Notes: a model not told the origin generated them from the letters alone. A stretch of 64,000 bases of DNA from Eledone cirrhosa (GCA_964016885.1 OZ024740.1:145514001-145578000); one strand, 5' to 3'. Positions 13,454 through 26,715 are shown, counted from the first letter of the stretch. A program made the numbers and translations.

Positions 13454-15333
13454 TTATCTTACTTCTCCTAGAGGAAGGATGGTTTCTCCATCCTTTTCAC
13501 TGCTTGTGGCCTCCTCCGGAAGGATGTCCTTATAAATCCTCCTGGAGAGTGCTTGTCGGAAGTCTCTGATGTCTTTGGGGAATTTTTGTTTTAGTGTCGT
13601 GTACGTTTTCTGTGTGATGCGAGTGATTTGTATGTGTGGAGGTGGTATGAACTTTGGGGGTGTTGTGTAGTCTTTTTCTGTGATGCAGGTGTTGTGTTGG
13701 ATGTAGTGTAATAATTGGTTGTTGTTCAAATTTAATGCTGTGTAGTGTGTATCGTTTTGGTTGTTTTGTTTCGTTTGCATTTATTGTGGGTTTGTTTCTG
13801 TTTCGCTTTTTGGTGACTTTTGTGGTGTTGGGGTTAATGGTGGTGATGGTGTTGGTGTTTGTGGTGATGGGGTTGGTGATGCTGGTGTGGATGGTGGCAT
13901 AGCTGTCCTAACTTTTTTGTTTGATAGTTTATTTGTTTCCCTCTGTATTTTGTTTTTGGAGGGGGGAGGAAGAGGATTTTTTCTTGTGGGGCTTCTTTTT
14001 CTTTTTTTCTTTTTTCCTGATACCGTTTCCCACTCCTCGTCGTCACAATCTGTTTCCAGTTGCGATAGGTCAGGGAGTGGAAAATCCTCCACAGGCGTTG
14101 GTTTTGGTTGTGGCGTGGTGGATGGTGTAGGCGCTGGTGCTAGTTCTGGCGCGTTGGGTGGTGGTGGTGGTGTTGGTTTTGCTACTGTTGCTGGGGTTGT
14201 TGCTGTTCCAGTTGCTTCTGTTGTTGCTGCTACAGTTGTTGCTGCCATTTCTGCTGCTGGTCGTGTTGATGGTTGAGTCACTGGGGTGGGTAAGAGAGGT
14301 GGCGTCAACCTTTTAGCCTGAGGGCAGAAAGCCCTTAGGTGGGTTCCTTCACCACAAACGACACACCTAGGCCTTCTGCCCTCGACGATTACGGTGAGGT
14401 GGCTGCCGTCAGTGAGGTCTATTACCTCTGGGATCTCCTCAATGCTTTTTTGGTCCGCTTGGATCAGGAGCTCCATCCCAGATCCGGACCAGTTCTGCTT
14501 TTCTTTCGCTATTTCGATTATCTTGGTGTTGGCCTCGATGCCGGCGAGGACGGCAGCCATTAGCCAGGGAATTTCGATGGCCGGTGGAACGTGGGTCACC
14601 CTGATCTTCACGAGTCTCTGGCCACAATAGCTTGGGACGAGTGTGAAGTCGTCACTTCTTAATGGGGCCATGGAGTGTTCTCTGGCCTCCTTTGGTGTTC
14701 CAAAGAACACGTCCACGGTTCCATATTTCTGCCCACGTCTGATGTGGGGTTTTTTTGCCCACACATGTCCCAAAGCTTTTGGGATTTGGGACTCGGATGC
14801 CCGTTCCAGTTGGCACCGATGCTCCATTTTATTAGGTGGGGGGTGAGGCTGACCCTATGCCCATCTTTCTTTACCATTCTCTGGGCTTCATCTAATTCCT
14901 CCTGAGTTACCTAGATTGCTTCGCACTTTTTTGCTGCTTTAGCAAAAGACACGTTGGTTTTGTTATTCTCATTGTTGCTGTTGCTGTTGTTGTTATCGTT
15001 ATTTTTGTTATTGTTATTTTTAGTTTCAGTTATGGTGGTGGTGGCGTCAGTGGTGTTCGGTGTGGAAGAGTCCATTCTGGGTGAATCCATTTCGATGTCA
15101 CGAGATAATTTATTTTTTTATTTTGTTTCTGTTGTCGCTGTGGTGGTGGTGGGGGTGGCGGCTTCAACACCTGCAGTCATTGGTAATGGCGGGAAATGAA
15201 TGTCTGCATGAGACAAATTTAAATTATTGCTACTGCTTATATTTTTAGTGTTGGCAAACGTAGTAATATTTACAATGGTGGTGTCGGTGTGAGGTGTTAG
15301 TTTGTGAGGAAGGTGTGGCTGTGAGTCGTCCAT
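13454..15333 (-). pseudogene. ORF1 (gag-like, CCHC knuckle) of Tx1 copy 2
   Basis: CVVCGEGTHLRAFC knuckle; LVPSYCG...THVPP shared with copy 1; in-frame TAA at 13781-13783; 5' part is frameshifted. Confidence 0.78.
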
Positions 15334-15547
15334 GGTTTTTCAAAGAAATTTTTTTGTTTGATAATTATAAAAGTTTAAATTTTGGGCTCAAGGCCCCAAT
15401 CTTTTTGAGTGTCCTTTTCCGAAAGCAAATTGTGTGACCTTATAAACAGTTAACAACAAAAATTTTCCATAAATGGCAATTTTAAACAAACGAAAACAAC
15501 AAACCTTTGCGGAGCTCACAATGATACGATTTCCTACGTAGGTCGCC

Positions 15548-15598
<51 letters not shown>
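15548..15598. repeat. (AAT)n tract at the 5' junction of Tx1 copy 2
   Basis: Direct reading. Confidence 0.95.
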
Positions 15599-15850
15599 TG
15601 TTTTGACTGGTACTGCACACGTATTAAGAAGAGCACTATCTCTGTAAGATTGATATCCCTCCTTGTATTTACATATGCATATGCACATGTGTATATATGT
15701 ATACTTTTTGTTTTTTGTTTTGTTTAATTATAATCAATGTGCTGTATTAACTGGCTTACCAATGCACACTTTCAATTTATTTGCCCTAGGTGTCAAGAAG
15801 ACATTCGGTATATATCTCAGAAACAATAATGAAAGAAAATAAAATGATAA

Positions 15851-16469
15851 TAATAATAATATTCGACTAGTTTGTAAGCAAACAGCCTCATTACGCTATA
15901 TTTTCATCCGTTCGTTCAACAGTAACATCGAAGAACAGTCAACATGTTTCTGGGTTATTGCCCTATGTCAAGACTGTATACTTCTCTGCCACTCGTTTGA
16001 ACTGTTGAAAATATGTAGTCTCATTTGCATACCGAGCGATTTTACGGCGGGATTTGCCGAAAATTAAAAACAAATTCTACCAACCATGTATAGAAGCTGA
16101 AAGAGGGCTCTACTGGTAACAACATCAGCTACAGCAGAATAATGTAAACTCTACGTCAATAGTTCTAAGACGTGCGAATTCTGCAGCACAGAGAGATGGC
16201 TTATATGGAAATAATCACAGGACCTAAACTCATGTTTCAACTCAGGGGAACGAGATATGTAAGCCATGCCCGCATAGCACAAAATATATACTCCAGTTTT
16301 GATAACCAAATATCGAAACATCAATCTGTCACCACGGATAACATGATCCAGGACCACTGGGCAATTACCCTAACATTTTGGAAACCGAATAACGAAATAA
16401 CGAAATATTCTTGATAAAAATACTATCAGCAAATTGTCCCTCTCCTGCACCGATTATAAAGATATATAC

Positions 16470-16470
<1 letters not shown>
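15851..16470 (-). mobile_element. Degenerate non-coding PLE/retrozyme-like element (relative of 51322-51862)
   Basis: Shares AATAATATTCGA...GCAAAC-AGCCTCATT, ATGTTTCTGGGT and ATTTGCATA blocks with 51.3-51.9 kb; decayed hammerhead at 15935-15977 (ACAGTC..GAAA-CATG-TT-GACTGT). Confidence 0.4.

Positions 16471-16476
<6 letters not shown>

Positions 16477-16554
<78 letters not shown>
16477..16554. repeat. (TG)n microsatellite
   Basis: Direct reading. Confidence 0.95.
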
Positions 16555-16559
<5 letters not shown>

Positions 16560-17336
16560 ACATATGTGGGCTTGTGCACGTGTGTACAAACAACATACAC
16601 ACGTGTGTGTGTGCAGATATATGCATATATCTGTGCATGTCTTTGTGTATGTGTATGTGTGTGTCCATTCATAAGTGTAGATACGTGTGTGTGTGTGTGT
16701 GTGTGCTTGTGTACGGATACTGTGCGTGTGTGAGAGTATGTGTACGTATTCACAGGGATAGTTTTTCATCTACTGAAGTATCACCGGTGGTCACCCATTT
16801 TCCAATGACTGACGAACGAAGCAACAATAACATCAACTTACTTCAGGAAACTCCGAGTACCTAGGTAGGTATACGCCAGTTTGTTATGTATTTAAAGTTT
16901 GTTTTACATTATCAGTAATCTTAGGCTTCTTTTCCTTTCCACCAGACGTTTGCTTCTCTATTAAGTTCTGATTAGAAAAATATGAAATCGATTAAGTTAG
17001 TTTTGTATATTTTTAGGGGTTAAGGACACAGCGAACATTAATAGGTACTCTGAAATTTAGATAAAGGGAATACGCAACCCCCATTTTATCTCAAGAAGGA
17101 AAAATGTAGATGTAGAGAAGAGAAAATACTGGGAAGGAAGAAAACAGACAGCTTGAAAGTGAACTTTCGAAGCATGGATCTTCGGAAGAACTACCAAGAT
17201 TAGTTAAAAGAAGTTGGAATTGCAGAATAAACAGAATAGGCCCCACTAGTTATAAGGTCTTCCTTCAACTGATCGGAGGCAAATGTTCAAATTTCATTTC
17301 TTTACAGAAATCTAAGTAAATGTGATGATGCAATAG

Positions 17337-17530
17337 CATACCTGCCAACCTCTAAAATCCCAAACGGGGAGTACCATGAAAAAAGGTGCCCCAAAACAGA
17401 GAGAAATTAGACAAAATGGGGAGATTTACATAATGAAAGTTATACCCATTTTCCCAAAAGAAGACATCTCTTACCCACCCCAAAGTGGGTGGGAGATCTC
17501 CCCGTCGGACGGAGAGAGTTGACTGGTCTG
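17337..17530. mobile_element. ~195-bp MITE (non-autonomous DNA transposon)
   Basis: Imperfect TIRs CATACCTGCCAAC / GTTGACTGGTCTG; inverted copy at 22043-22237. Confidence 0.65.
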
Positions 17531-18439
17531 GAATAGTATAAAGAAAATGACCTGGTTATAATCATGTGGGATTTGCCTGTCAAGATTAACAAGGATTTCA
17601 AGACAGACGTCCGAATATAATTATCATGGACAGGAACGAAAATGTGTGTGCTCTGATATGCATTTTTTACATTTGTTATATGAATGTGTTATATTCCTAT
17701 CACGTATCGATATAATATCCAAGACAGGTGGGCATTATTTAAAAAGAATATGCGAGGGAAAAACGAAGCTAAATATTTAGGGAAACTACGAACACACTTG
17801 AAAATGTACGGGGGCTTATGAAAATTTAAATAGAACAACTCACAGAAAGAATATACAGTGAAAATAAAACAACACTGACTATACATTAAAAATATTACCT
17901 GCTGCAAACCAATAACAGCATCACAATAGAACCCACCAAATGTAAAACATAAGATTACACAAAAATGAAAATAACAGAACAAAAACAGCTACATATAAAC
18001 TATATGAGCCCGGAAAACGCAATGAAAATATTGTAGAACCCATCTCGCAAGAACGAATAAAGCATTAGAGCAAATCAAAAGCAGGCAAAGAAGAAGAAAT
18101 AATATACATGATGGGAAATATCATAGAAATCTTCATGAAACTATTCAACCAAATACAAAGTCAATACAAATATAGCTTTGGCACCACACAGCTAGATCAA
18201 AGCGGTGTGCTGTGGAAAGGCATTCCTCATGAACAGAAACTACACATTTTCACCATCTAGAAATCTCTGCAAATGCCGTAGCCTCATCGAATGCTAATGC
18301 ATCATCAGTTATGGTATTGCAGAGTGCCGCGTGTTGAACTCACCCCCAACCAGTTGAACTCACCCCCAACCCCCAACCCCCATAATAAATAGAAGGGCAG
18401 ATGCTCCAGTCTCGTTACACGAGGAATGGGGAAAGGCAT

Positions 18440-19450
18440 AAGAACAGTAGATGAAAGGTGATTTTAAGGAGAAAAAAAGAAGGCATGATGGAGATCTGCA
18501 CGATGAATACGGCTTATAACTGAATCCTTACAAACGCAACTCTGTTCGACATAATTTCATAAGTCAGCAATACTTGCAAAACTGAAGGAGTGTCAGCAAA
18601 CAGTTTCGTCGTTCTGCGTGCGTCTCAAATAGTTACGGTTCACGGCACCTCCGTTTCAGTACAGTTTATCCTGCACTCACAATGCCTCCAGTAACACTGT
18701 GAGACCGAGTATTTCTGAAGATTGTTCATTGTCTCCAGGCTAAAAGTTCTTTGAAATAAATTGTTCAGTTGATTTTTTTGTCGGTACCTCGAGTCATCAT
18801 GAGAATGTCGTCACTCATTTCTGCCACTAGCCGTCTATATAATGTTATTGCTAACGTACCATCCACTGCATTTCTCGACTGGTAGAGAACTGTGAATACT
18901 TTAAAACGTGTTGTGCTATGTGGCAGACACTCAACCTTGCTCGACCCAAAACTGGACTGCAGTTCTACCAACGAGATGAGCTGTGAAGTACCGTAACCAG
19001 CTACTACACCTCTCAGCTCATTTCATCGTGATTCTGCCGACTTGTTCTGATTACATACTCCTATTACCAAATCGTATTCTTTTGTGTGCCGACCACTTCG
19101 ATTCCATAGAGTCTGCCACCACCAAAGTTACATCAACGCAACCTGCCCGTGTCACAGTTCCAGGGGGATACTCCATAACACCTGTAACATCCACAACAGT
19201 GGTTCAAAGTCCAAAGGGTACTGGAGTGACGAGAAAAGACTACTGTGATGGACTGATCATGTGATTCGAAACGGTTTTGATAGTTACTGATTTAGTCTGA
19301 CCAGCAGTTCCCGCTGTACTTTAAAGCGATTCAGCCTCTGAAAATGGGACCGAAATCGGCTGCACTGCAGATAAATGATGACCAACCCTTTTAAAAGCTT
19401 TTGAAGATCCAAGTGGATCAGAATCCTACCTAAGCCAGGATTATTAACCT
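18440..19450 (-). mobile_element. Old, decayed fragment of the Tx1 family
   Basis: 18530-18800 resembles 4230-4520, and 19325-19400 resembles the RT region 5488-5575. Confidence 0.7.
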
Positions 19451-20509
19451 TTATCTCCATTTATAGTGTTGTTTCCATCGTCGATGTCATTGTGGTGAGG
19501 AGCGTTGTATGTTATAAAGTTCTCAGAAAACAAATATATGGCATGGATTTGTCACTGATATAAAATATATCGGTATAACAATTCCTTATCATTAGAGTTC
19601 AAGCCAAATTTGTGAACCTCTAAAGCCATATGAAAATCATAACGCCCTAAATCTGTTGCCTTTGAAGTTTGGTTAAAGTCTACAATTAATTATTCTGGTT
19701 GATTGTGTTATTTGATCTTATTTCTTCCTATCTAAATAAATGTGCCAAAAAAAATTTTACGTCTGATTTATTTTGTATACACTATAAACAAAAACGTTTG
19801 CATATTTCGAATGCTTGAAGAAAATAAAAGCAAGCAAGTTAATTAAATAGAGAAATATTGTCTAGAAAGTAATTATTTCTGCTTTCTCTAATGGCAGCAT
19901 AAATACAATTAGAAGATGAATACGTATACTGCTATATATTATTATCTTTTTGTTCGTATCTGGTGAGATCGTGGTGGCAACACGCAGGTATTTATAGCCG
20001 CATTGGCACCGTTCAAGAACCGGGATTAAGTTTTATTGTTTAGTGCTCGGTATTCAAATTATTTCTAGATAGCCAATTCAGTTTATTCACTTCCTGCAAT
20101 TCTAGTCTCAGGCTTGTGTTTTAACAGCAAAAGAAGAAAAGATTAAATTTGCTTTTTAGTTTACCCTCCCCCCCCCCCCCCCCCCCCCCCCCGCGCTATT
20201 CTTAAAAAAAAAGAATAACGTGCTTGTACATTATTTTATCTTATACATTACTGGAGAGAAACATTGCTACATTTTTGTATGAATTCAGTCAGTCTTGAAA
20301 GACGAAGCATCTAAATAACAAATGCAATATTATATTTTCGTAGAAACTGGCTAATGCCAGAACTGATAGAAAGATAGACAAAATTCCTTGTGATTTTGAG
20401 TTGAATTCTTTATATTCTGAGTTCAAATCTCGCCGAGAACGATTTTGGTTTTTAACTCTCGATAAAATAAACACCTGTTGAGTCCTGGAGGTCGATCTGT
20501 TCGAGCATG

Positions 20510-20806
20510 TATGTACGGATCAGTATCTCCTGGTGGAATCGTAAAAGCGTCATAATGACATACAGCTTGTACTGGATATTTTAAACCTGGCAGAGCCCAG
20601 TCCCTCTCCATGTCTGAATACCGCCGATTTCTTCCTGAGAATGAGAGAGAGAGTAATATAGAGGACGAGAGAAAGATATAGAAGAAGAATCGACCCTAGC
20701 ACTAGACTGATATGTTTTTTTATGGCAGTATTCGTACACAAAGCCGGAACGGATATTGCAAAGCGTTCTATCTGACGTCCTAATAGCTCAGTTAATTCGC
20801 CGCCTT
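20510..20806 (-). mobile_element. tRNA-SINE, long family with purine-rich/microsatellite middle and conserved tail
   Basis: Similar to 37110-37390, 41975-42242 and 43176-43480. Confidence 0.6.
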
Positions 20807-22042
20807 CTAATACAATATACCCATTCCCAAAATTGAGTCTTTTTACCTATGTTAGAAATCAAAATCATATTCCCACAAGAGCGGCGGATTAGCAGAATCG
20901 ATACAGTGACGAATAAAATGCTTTACAGTATTCAATTCTGTCTCTTTATAATTCTACCAAAATTGATTTTACTTCTCATTCTCTCAAAGTCGATAAAATA
21001 GGAACCAGTACTGGGTCGATTTAAACGACTCTATGTTCTTGAGTTCATATGTTACAATATTACGTTTGCACAACAATTCGGATTTAGGAAGAAGAGTGGG
21101 CTCCGCCAGGTGCACAATACGAGCCACTACGACTCCATCAGAAAATCTGTTTTATCTGTGGACAAAAACCAAGTTACGAGAAAAAAATCTCTGTCCATTG
21201 TGTTAGTTGATAATTATAGGAATGGAACTCCATCGGTTTCGATTATGAGTATTCGAGTTTTTTATCAACAGAACAGCCTGTCCTGGAAATTAACTTATCA
21301 GAAGCTGAGCATTCCACAAACACGTGTACCTTTAACGGAATTTTTATAGAAAATTAGCGTAGCACAGTGGGTAACAAAGCTAACCCTTTTAATTACAGGT
21401 ACAGTCCACCTGACAAACTTCCAAACAGTTTCTGTCTGCCCAGTTTCACTAACAAGGATTAGATCGACGCGAGCCTATGATAATACGCAGTGGGATCGGA
21501 CCCGAGACCTGATGATTGCTAAGCGAACTCCTAGCCATTCGGCTATATTGCATCCACGGTAATTGTAGACTTTTAACAGAGGCACAACAATTGAGAAGGG
21601 TACAGTTGATTTGATTGACGCCAGTATTTGATATTTATTTTATCGACCCAAGAAGAGTGAAAGACTAAGTCGACTATTCGAGATTTGAACTTAGAACTTC
21701 ATGTCCTACTGATTAAGTCATCGCCCATGGGTTTTGATAATTATTAAGGTGCGAGAGTGCGGAAGGAACTAATTTAGACAAGAAAATACGATCTGCAGAT
21801 GAAGGTTTCTTGCAGACAATTTGCTTCTGTTTGATACTTTTTGTTTTTGTCTTTGTTCATTGGCAGTCATTAATTTACTTTCTAAGGCCCGATATTAATA
21901 CCGAATCTAACCGCAGCGTTGGCATGGGGAGCGAGTTTTTATGCTATTTTTCTTCTGCGTAGTTTGTCGTTGATAGGCTGTTGTGGTTGCCGTCATTGTT
22001 TAATCCCGGGTCAGTATTGATTGAGCAGACGTGATTACATGT

Positions 22043-22237
22043 CAGACCTGTCAACTCTCCTCGTTCGGCGTGAAGATCTCTCACCCACTTTGGGGTGGGT
22101 GAAATATGTCTTCTCTTGTGAAAATGGGTATAGTTTTCATTATGTAAAATCTCCCTATTTTGCCTCATTTCTCCCTGTTTTGGGGCACCTTTTTTCATGG
22201 TACTCTCCGTTTGGGTTTTTAGAAGTTGGCACGTCTG
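22043..22237. mobile_element. ~195-bp MITE copy
   Basis: TIRs CAGACCTGTCAAC / GTTGGCACGTCTG; reverse complement of 17337-17530. Confidence 0.65.
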
Positions 22238-23700
22238 AAAAGTGTTCCAGCTGTAAATATCCCGTCAGAGATAGACCACGTAGAAATATATCCATTATCC
22301 AGTATATCTGTTACATTGCTGTCCATGCTTCCGAGACAGTCATGGAAACATTTGTTTTTAAATAATAGTTGAGAACAACCGTACGATATACTTTGTCAGA
22401 TGGTGGGCGTGATTCTTCTGCATCTTACATATTCTTGCGCAGTCTATCACCAAGAACGTGACAGTGAACATGATCCGTATACGTTTTAGAGCAAACATAA
22501 ATGCTGTCAAACTCAACATGTTTGGCAACATGTATATTGGAGAATGCCACAACTACATCTCTGGTTACACAGAACCTGAGTCATTATGCCGCCATAGAAA
22601 TGCCGAACAATGGTGACTAACTCTATCAACAGTTGAAACTAATCGTTATTTTGCAACGCCCGTTTCTACTATCTGGAGTGCTTTAAGTAAGATGAATAAA
22701 GTTTATACATCATGGAGCTGCTTATGTCGGCAAACCTTCGGATTGCACTAAACACAGTTCTCGCAAATAGATAAATTTAACCAACGAGAGAACCTCTATG
22801 TGATATATAGGCCTGCTCGAAATAACATCTAAATCTCCCTCAAATCACATATTATATTTTCAAAAAGCAATGATATAGTTCTAGATACACCAATGTCTGG
22901 AATGATTAGGGATGAAACGTCTTTTTTTTTTCTCTTGAAAGTCCCAAACAAGGCGTGAAGCCATTTAATGTGAGTGACTATGAAGAAGGAGAAATTAAGA
23001 CGAAAGAAATGAATTTACTTTAGACTTAAAAGGGTTCGGGTCATAAGAAGGGAGAAAACAATGTGATGGAAGAGAGTTTCAAAGTCTGGCAGTTCGAGGG
23101 GAAAAGCTACGATCATAGCAAGGCTTCGTTATTCATGGAACCACAACAGCATCCGGATGAAGACACTGTGTGTTACGAGGTGGGTGGGATGGTACAAAGT
23201 GACCTGGAACTAAAAGAAAAGGTTCATCAGAGCACTTCCTATAATCTTTTATTATAGGTTCTGCTCGATCTGGACTGATCTGGGGTTAAATAAAAATTAG
23301 GTAATTCATACGACCTTCATGAGGAATATTTTATTTACACTCCTCGGAGAAAATTTATTCCTTTCATGTATTTTTAAATGATCTAAATAAGCTTTCATAT
23401 TTTCAAAATCACGTCAGTTTCCAGTATCTCTAAAGCACACAACCAGAAAATTTTAGGGGAAAGGACAAAGTTGATTAAATCAACCCCAATACTTGACAAG
23501 TACTTTATTTTGTCGACCAAGGAAGAATGAAAGGTAAAGTTGACCTCAACGAGCTTTGCACTCAGAATGTAACAAGCCATAACAAATATCACAATGACAT
23601 TTTATCCGACGCTCTGCCAATTCTGCCAATCTGGCACCCTCTAGCATATTTAAAATAATACCGTTCTTATTGATGATTAATAGTTTCTATAACTTCTTCA

Positions 23701-23821
23701 AAGGCGGCCAATTGGTAGAGTCTTTAGAACGTCGGATAAAACGGTCTCTATACTGAATTCAAATCCCACCGACGTCAATTTTGCTTTTAATCCTTTGGTG
23801 CTGGGGTTGATTCTTCCACTT

Positions 23822-23822
<1 letters not shown>
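23701..23822 (+). mobile_element. SINE head (long family); its tail resumes at 33484-33620
   Basis: GGCGGCCAATTGGTAGAG...TGAATTCAAATCCC head; collinear with the intact copy at 43176-43480. Confidence 0.6.
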
Positions 23823-23894
<72 letters not shown>

Positions 23895-23906
23895 GGGGGG
23901 ACATAC

Positions 23907-24255
23907 ATGATGGCTGCAAACTCGTGTTCGAGCATAGCCATCACCCGATAAAATGCTCAAAAATGTGAGGAACGAATGTGGCTCTTGAAACCAGCCAAAG
24001 ACTTGCACCCTCTGGCACATATAGGGCAACTGTAGGTTCCTCCGGGACTTTCCATTGCTTTGTTCTGGCTGTGTGTTCTCGTGTGTCTTTTAAGACCTCC
24101 CATGCGAGCACATTCCTTGCACCTTTTCAGATCATTAGCTACATGAGGTCTACTGATATGACTTTGTTCGTGTCTAGTCAAACCAGCTTTACACAGGCAG
24201 ACTCGACCACAGTGCTGGCAAACCAGATCATGTTCAACAGCAGGCAGTTCAAAAC
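23907..24255 (-). mobile_element. RTE-clade LINE 3' fragment (family Z) with C2H2 fingers
   Basis: CQHCGRVCLCKAGLTRHEQSH ... CPICARGCKSLAGFKSHIRSSH*; 3' end GCAGCCATCAT-GTATGT. Confidence 0.75.
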
Positions 24256-24334
24256 GAGCGAACGAACGAACGAACGAACGAACGAACGAACGAACGCACG
24301 AACGCACGAACGCACGCACGCACGCACGCACGAA

Positions 24335-24370
<36 letters not shown>

Positions 24371-24441
24371 CACACACATACATACATACATACATACATA
24401 CATACATACATACATACATACATACATACATACATACATAC
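24256..24441. repeat. Compound microsatellite (AACG)n(CACG)n(CA)n(CATA)n
   Basis: Direct reading. Confidence 0.95.
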
Positions 24442-24976
24442 ATGATGGCTGCTCCCTCGTTATCGAGTATGGCCATTGCACGAGAAAAAAAAAGAAAAAA
24501 AAACATAATAATAACAATAATAATAATAATAACAACAATAATAGTAACGACAACAACAACAATAATAATATATATATATATAATATACACGCACGCACAT
24601 AAACATATCTATACACACACACGATAGCAATTAACAGCGCTGCGATCGAATGTGGCTTTTTAGCCCAGCCAATTATCTAAAATGTCTTGCATAGAGTCGG
24701 CAACCAAAACATTCACTGGGAATAGCCGGCTTTGGTTGGAGTTCATGTACTTTTGCATGTCGTTTGAGCCCTCCTGCTGATTTACATTCTCTACCACATG
24801 CTTGGCAAGCATGATGAGTAGCATCTCCAACAGCAGCCTGGTAGTCAACCACTGGTCTTACTTTATGACTGCGAAGAGGACTTTCGAGTCCAGCTTTGCT
24901 TAGGCAGAGTCTCGCACAGACGCTGCATGTCAGCACCATAGGAGGACCTTCGCCGTCTGGAAGTGCAACAGCAATG
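24442..24976 (-). mobile_element. RTE-clade LINE 3' fragment (family Y), three C2H2-like fingers
   Basis: CSVCARLCLSKAGL, CQACGRECKSAGGLKRHAKVH, ..LAGLKSHIRSQ; 3' end CTCGATAACGAGGGAGCAGCCATCAT followed by (GTAT)n. Confidence 0.75.
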
Positions 24977-24993
24977 CATACATACATACATAC

Positions 24994-25396
24994 ATGGTGG
25001 CTGCCAACTCGTTTTCGAGTACGGCCACTACTTTATATCCATGTAGGAGAACCCCTACCGATGCGCTGAACGAATGTGACTTTTTAGTCCAGCCAGCAAC
25101 TTGAAAACTCTGGTACAAAGACTACACTTGTGACCATTATTGACACATAGTGCAGGACCCATGGTACCATGTGATGACAAGTGCAGAGAGATCTCCAGAT
25201 ATAAAGCAATGCCTGTGCCGTGAAGCTTTTATAGTGAGCAAAGGCACTGCACAAAGCCAGTCCCACTCTCTTAACCAAGATGATATTTACCAAAAAGAAG
25301 AACAAGTCAACATCATTGGATACCATCAGGGTTGCAGGTGTTATATCAGAGTTTTCCTTCTCCTAGAATTCTGCCTTGACAAAGGCTAAGGGGTCA
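24994..25396 (-). mobile_element. Non-autonomous RTE-derived element X, 5'-truncated
   Basis: Near-identical to 29444-30048, 32807-33415 and 48378-48986. Confidence 0.8.
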
Positions 25397-25413
25397 TATA
25401 CATACATACATAC

Positions 25414-26000
25414 ATGATGATGGCTGCCCCCTCGTTATCGAGTATGGCCATTGCACGATATACCATTATTAATAATTATTAATTAATTCTATCGTGCAAT
25501 GCCTGTGCGTGAAGATAATTTTTAAAGTGAGGAAAGACTGTGCACTGAGCCAATCCCACTCTCTGAGCGACAGTAGCTATAACCCGAAAAGAAGAAAAGA
25601 TCAACATCATCGGTAACTACTGAGCTGCAGGTTTTATATCGGAGGTATCCCAGTTTCCTGAGTTGCCTTCTCCTAGAAGAATCCCGACTATTTCTATGTC
25701 CCCGTGCATATACATACACATGCTCCCATGTATATACACATATGTACATATGTACATGTGTATATACATATACATACATATGTACATGTCTATATACATA
25801 TTTACACACTTTTGGATGGCCGTTGACTCTTATGAGTTCTTCCACCCTTTGTCAGGTTTTGTTTTTTGTCCTGCAAGGTATCCAAAATTACCCTCCTCAC
25901 CAAGTAAACTTGGTGGGGTTGCCGATTTAGTCGCCGACGACCCGACCAGCGACAGGTTGTACTGGGTTACATGTTACCAGTAGCACTCAAGAGTGACCCG
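25414..26000 (-). mobile_element. Bipartite non-autonomous RTE element (X-like 5' part plus family-Y 3' terminus)
   Basis: 25810-26000 is homologous to the 5' part of X; 25414-25458 matches the RTE-Y 3' end. Confidence 0.7.
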
Positions 26001-26016
26001 ACATACATACATACAC

Positions 26017-26443
26017 ATCTGCAGATACTCCACCCTGATTACACCTTCAGATTTATGCCTGTGATTATTAGGGCACTAGGATATGTTAGTAACTGCCTCA
26101 ATACAAATCTTGAGAAGCTAGGCTTCACAGGAACAGAAAGAACACAACTAGTTAGGAAATTACAAGTACAATCCATTAATGGAACAGTAAAAATATGTAA
26201 AACATTCCAAAGAAAGTCTAATAACTGCATATACACATGAACAGATTCAAAGCATATACACATGCACACATACAACTCAAAACATACACATCCACACATA
26301 CAATAACATCCATATCTACACATGCATGCATACATACATATAGTTGATGCTGTGTAAATTCCAATGAGAGAGTCTTGTGTCTATGTTAGAAACCGACTCT
26401 CTCTCTATTGGTAAAATTTTGTGAAATTATAAAACCAGAAGAA
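26017..26443 (+). mobile_element. R4/Dong-clade LINE family A, short 3' fragment
   Basis: Near-identical to 28982-29426; ends ...AAAACCAGAAGAA followed by (CATA)n. Confidence 0.85.
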
Positions 26444-26476
26444 CATACATACATACATACATACATACATACATAC

Positions 26477-26638
26477 ATGATGATGGCTGCCCCCTCGTTA
26501 TCGAGTATGGCCATTGCACGAAGAGAAAAAAAAATTAATAAATAAATAAAAAAGAAAAGAAAAATAAAAAGAAAAGAAAAAAAAAATATATATATATATA
26601 TATACACATACACACATACACACACATACATTAATAAC

Positions 26639-26715
<77 letters not shown>

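Larger units (their letters stand above)
9787..15547 (-). mobile_element. L1/Tx1-clade non-LTR retrotransposon, full-length copy 2
   Basis: Same 3' end and ORF2 as copy 1; different ORF1 and 5'UTR; (ATT)n on both sides. Confidence 0.92.

Noticed and set aside
3672-15547. Simple tandem segmental duplication or assembly duplicate
   Set aside because: The 5' thirds differ strongly and each copy has its own inactivating mutations
16365-16864. ORFs with poly-CV/HT, YVCM, LS or YI runs here and elsewhere
   Set aside because: Translations of microsatellites
23957-24987. Host C2H2 zinc-finger gene
   Set aside because: Fingers are followed by RTE-type 3' ends and (GTAT)n tails, are multi-copy and are 5'-truncated
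25084-25389. Recurrent ~80-aa ORFs in element X copies
   Set aside because: Present on both strands, no domain; conservation is explained by recent copying
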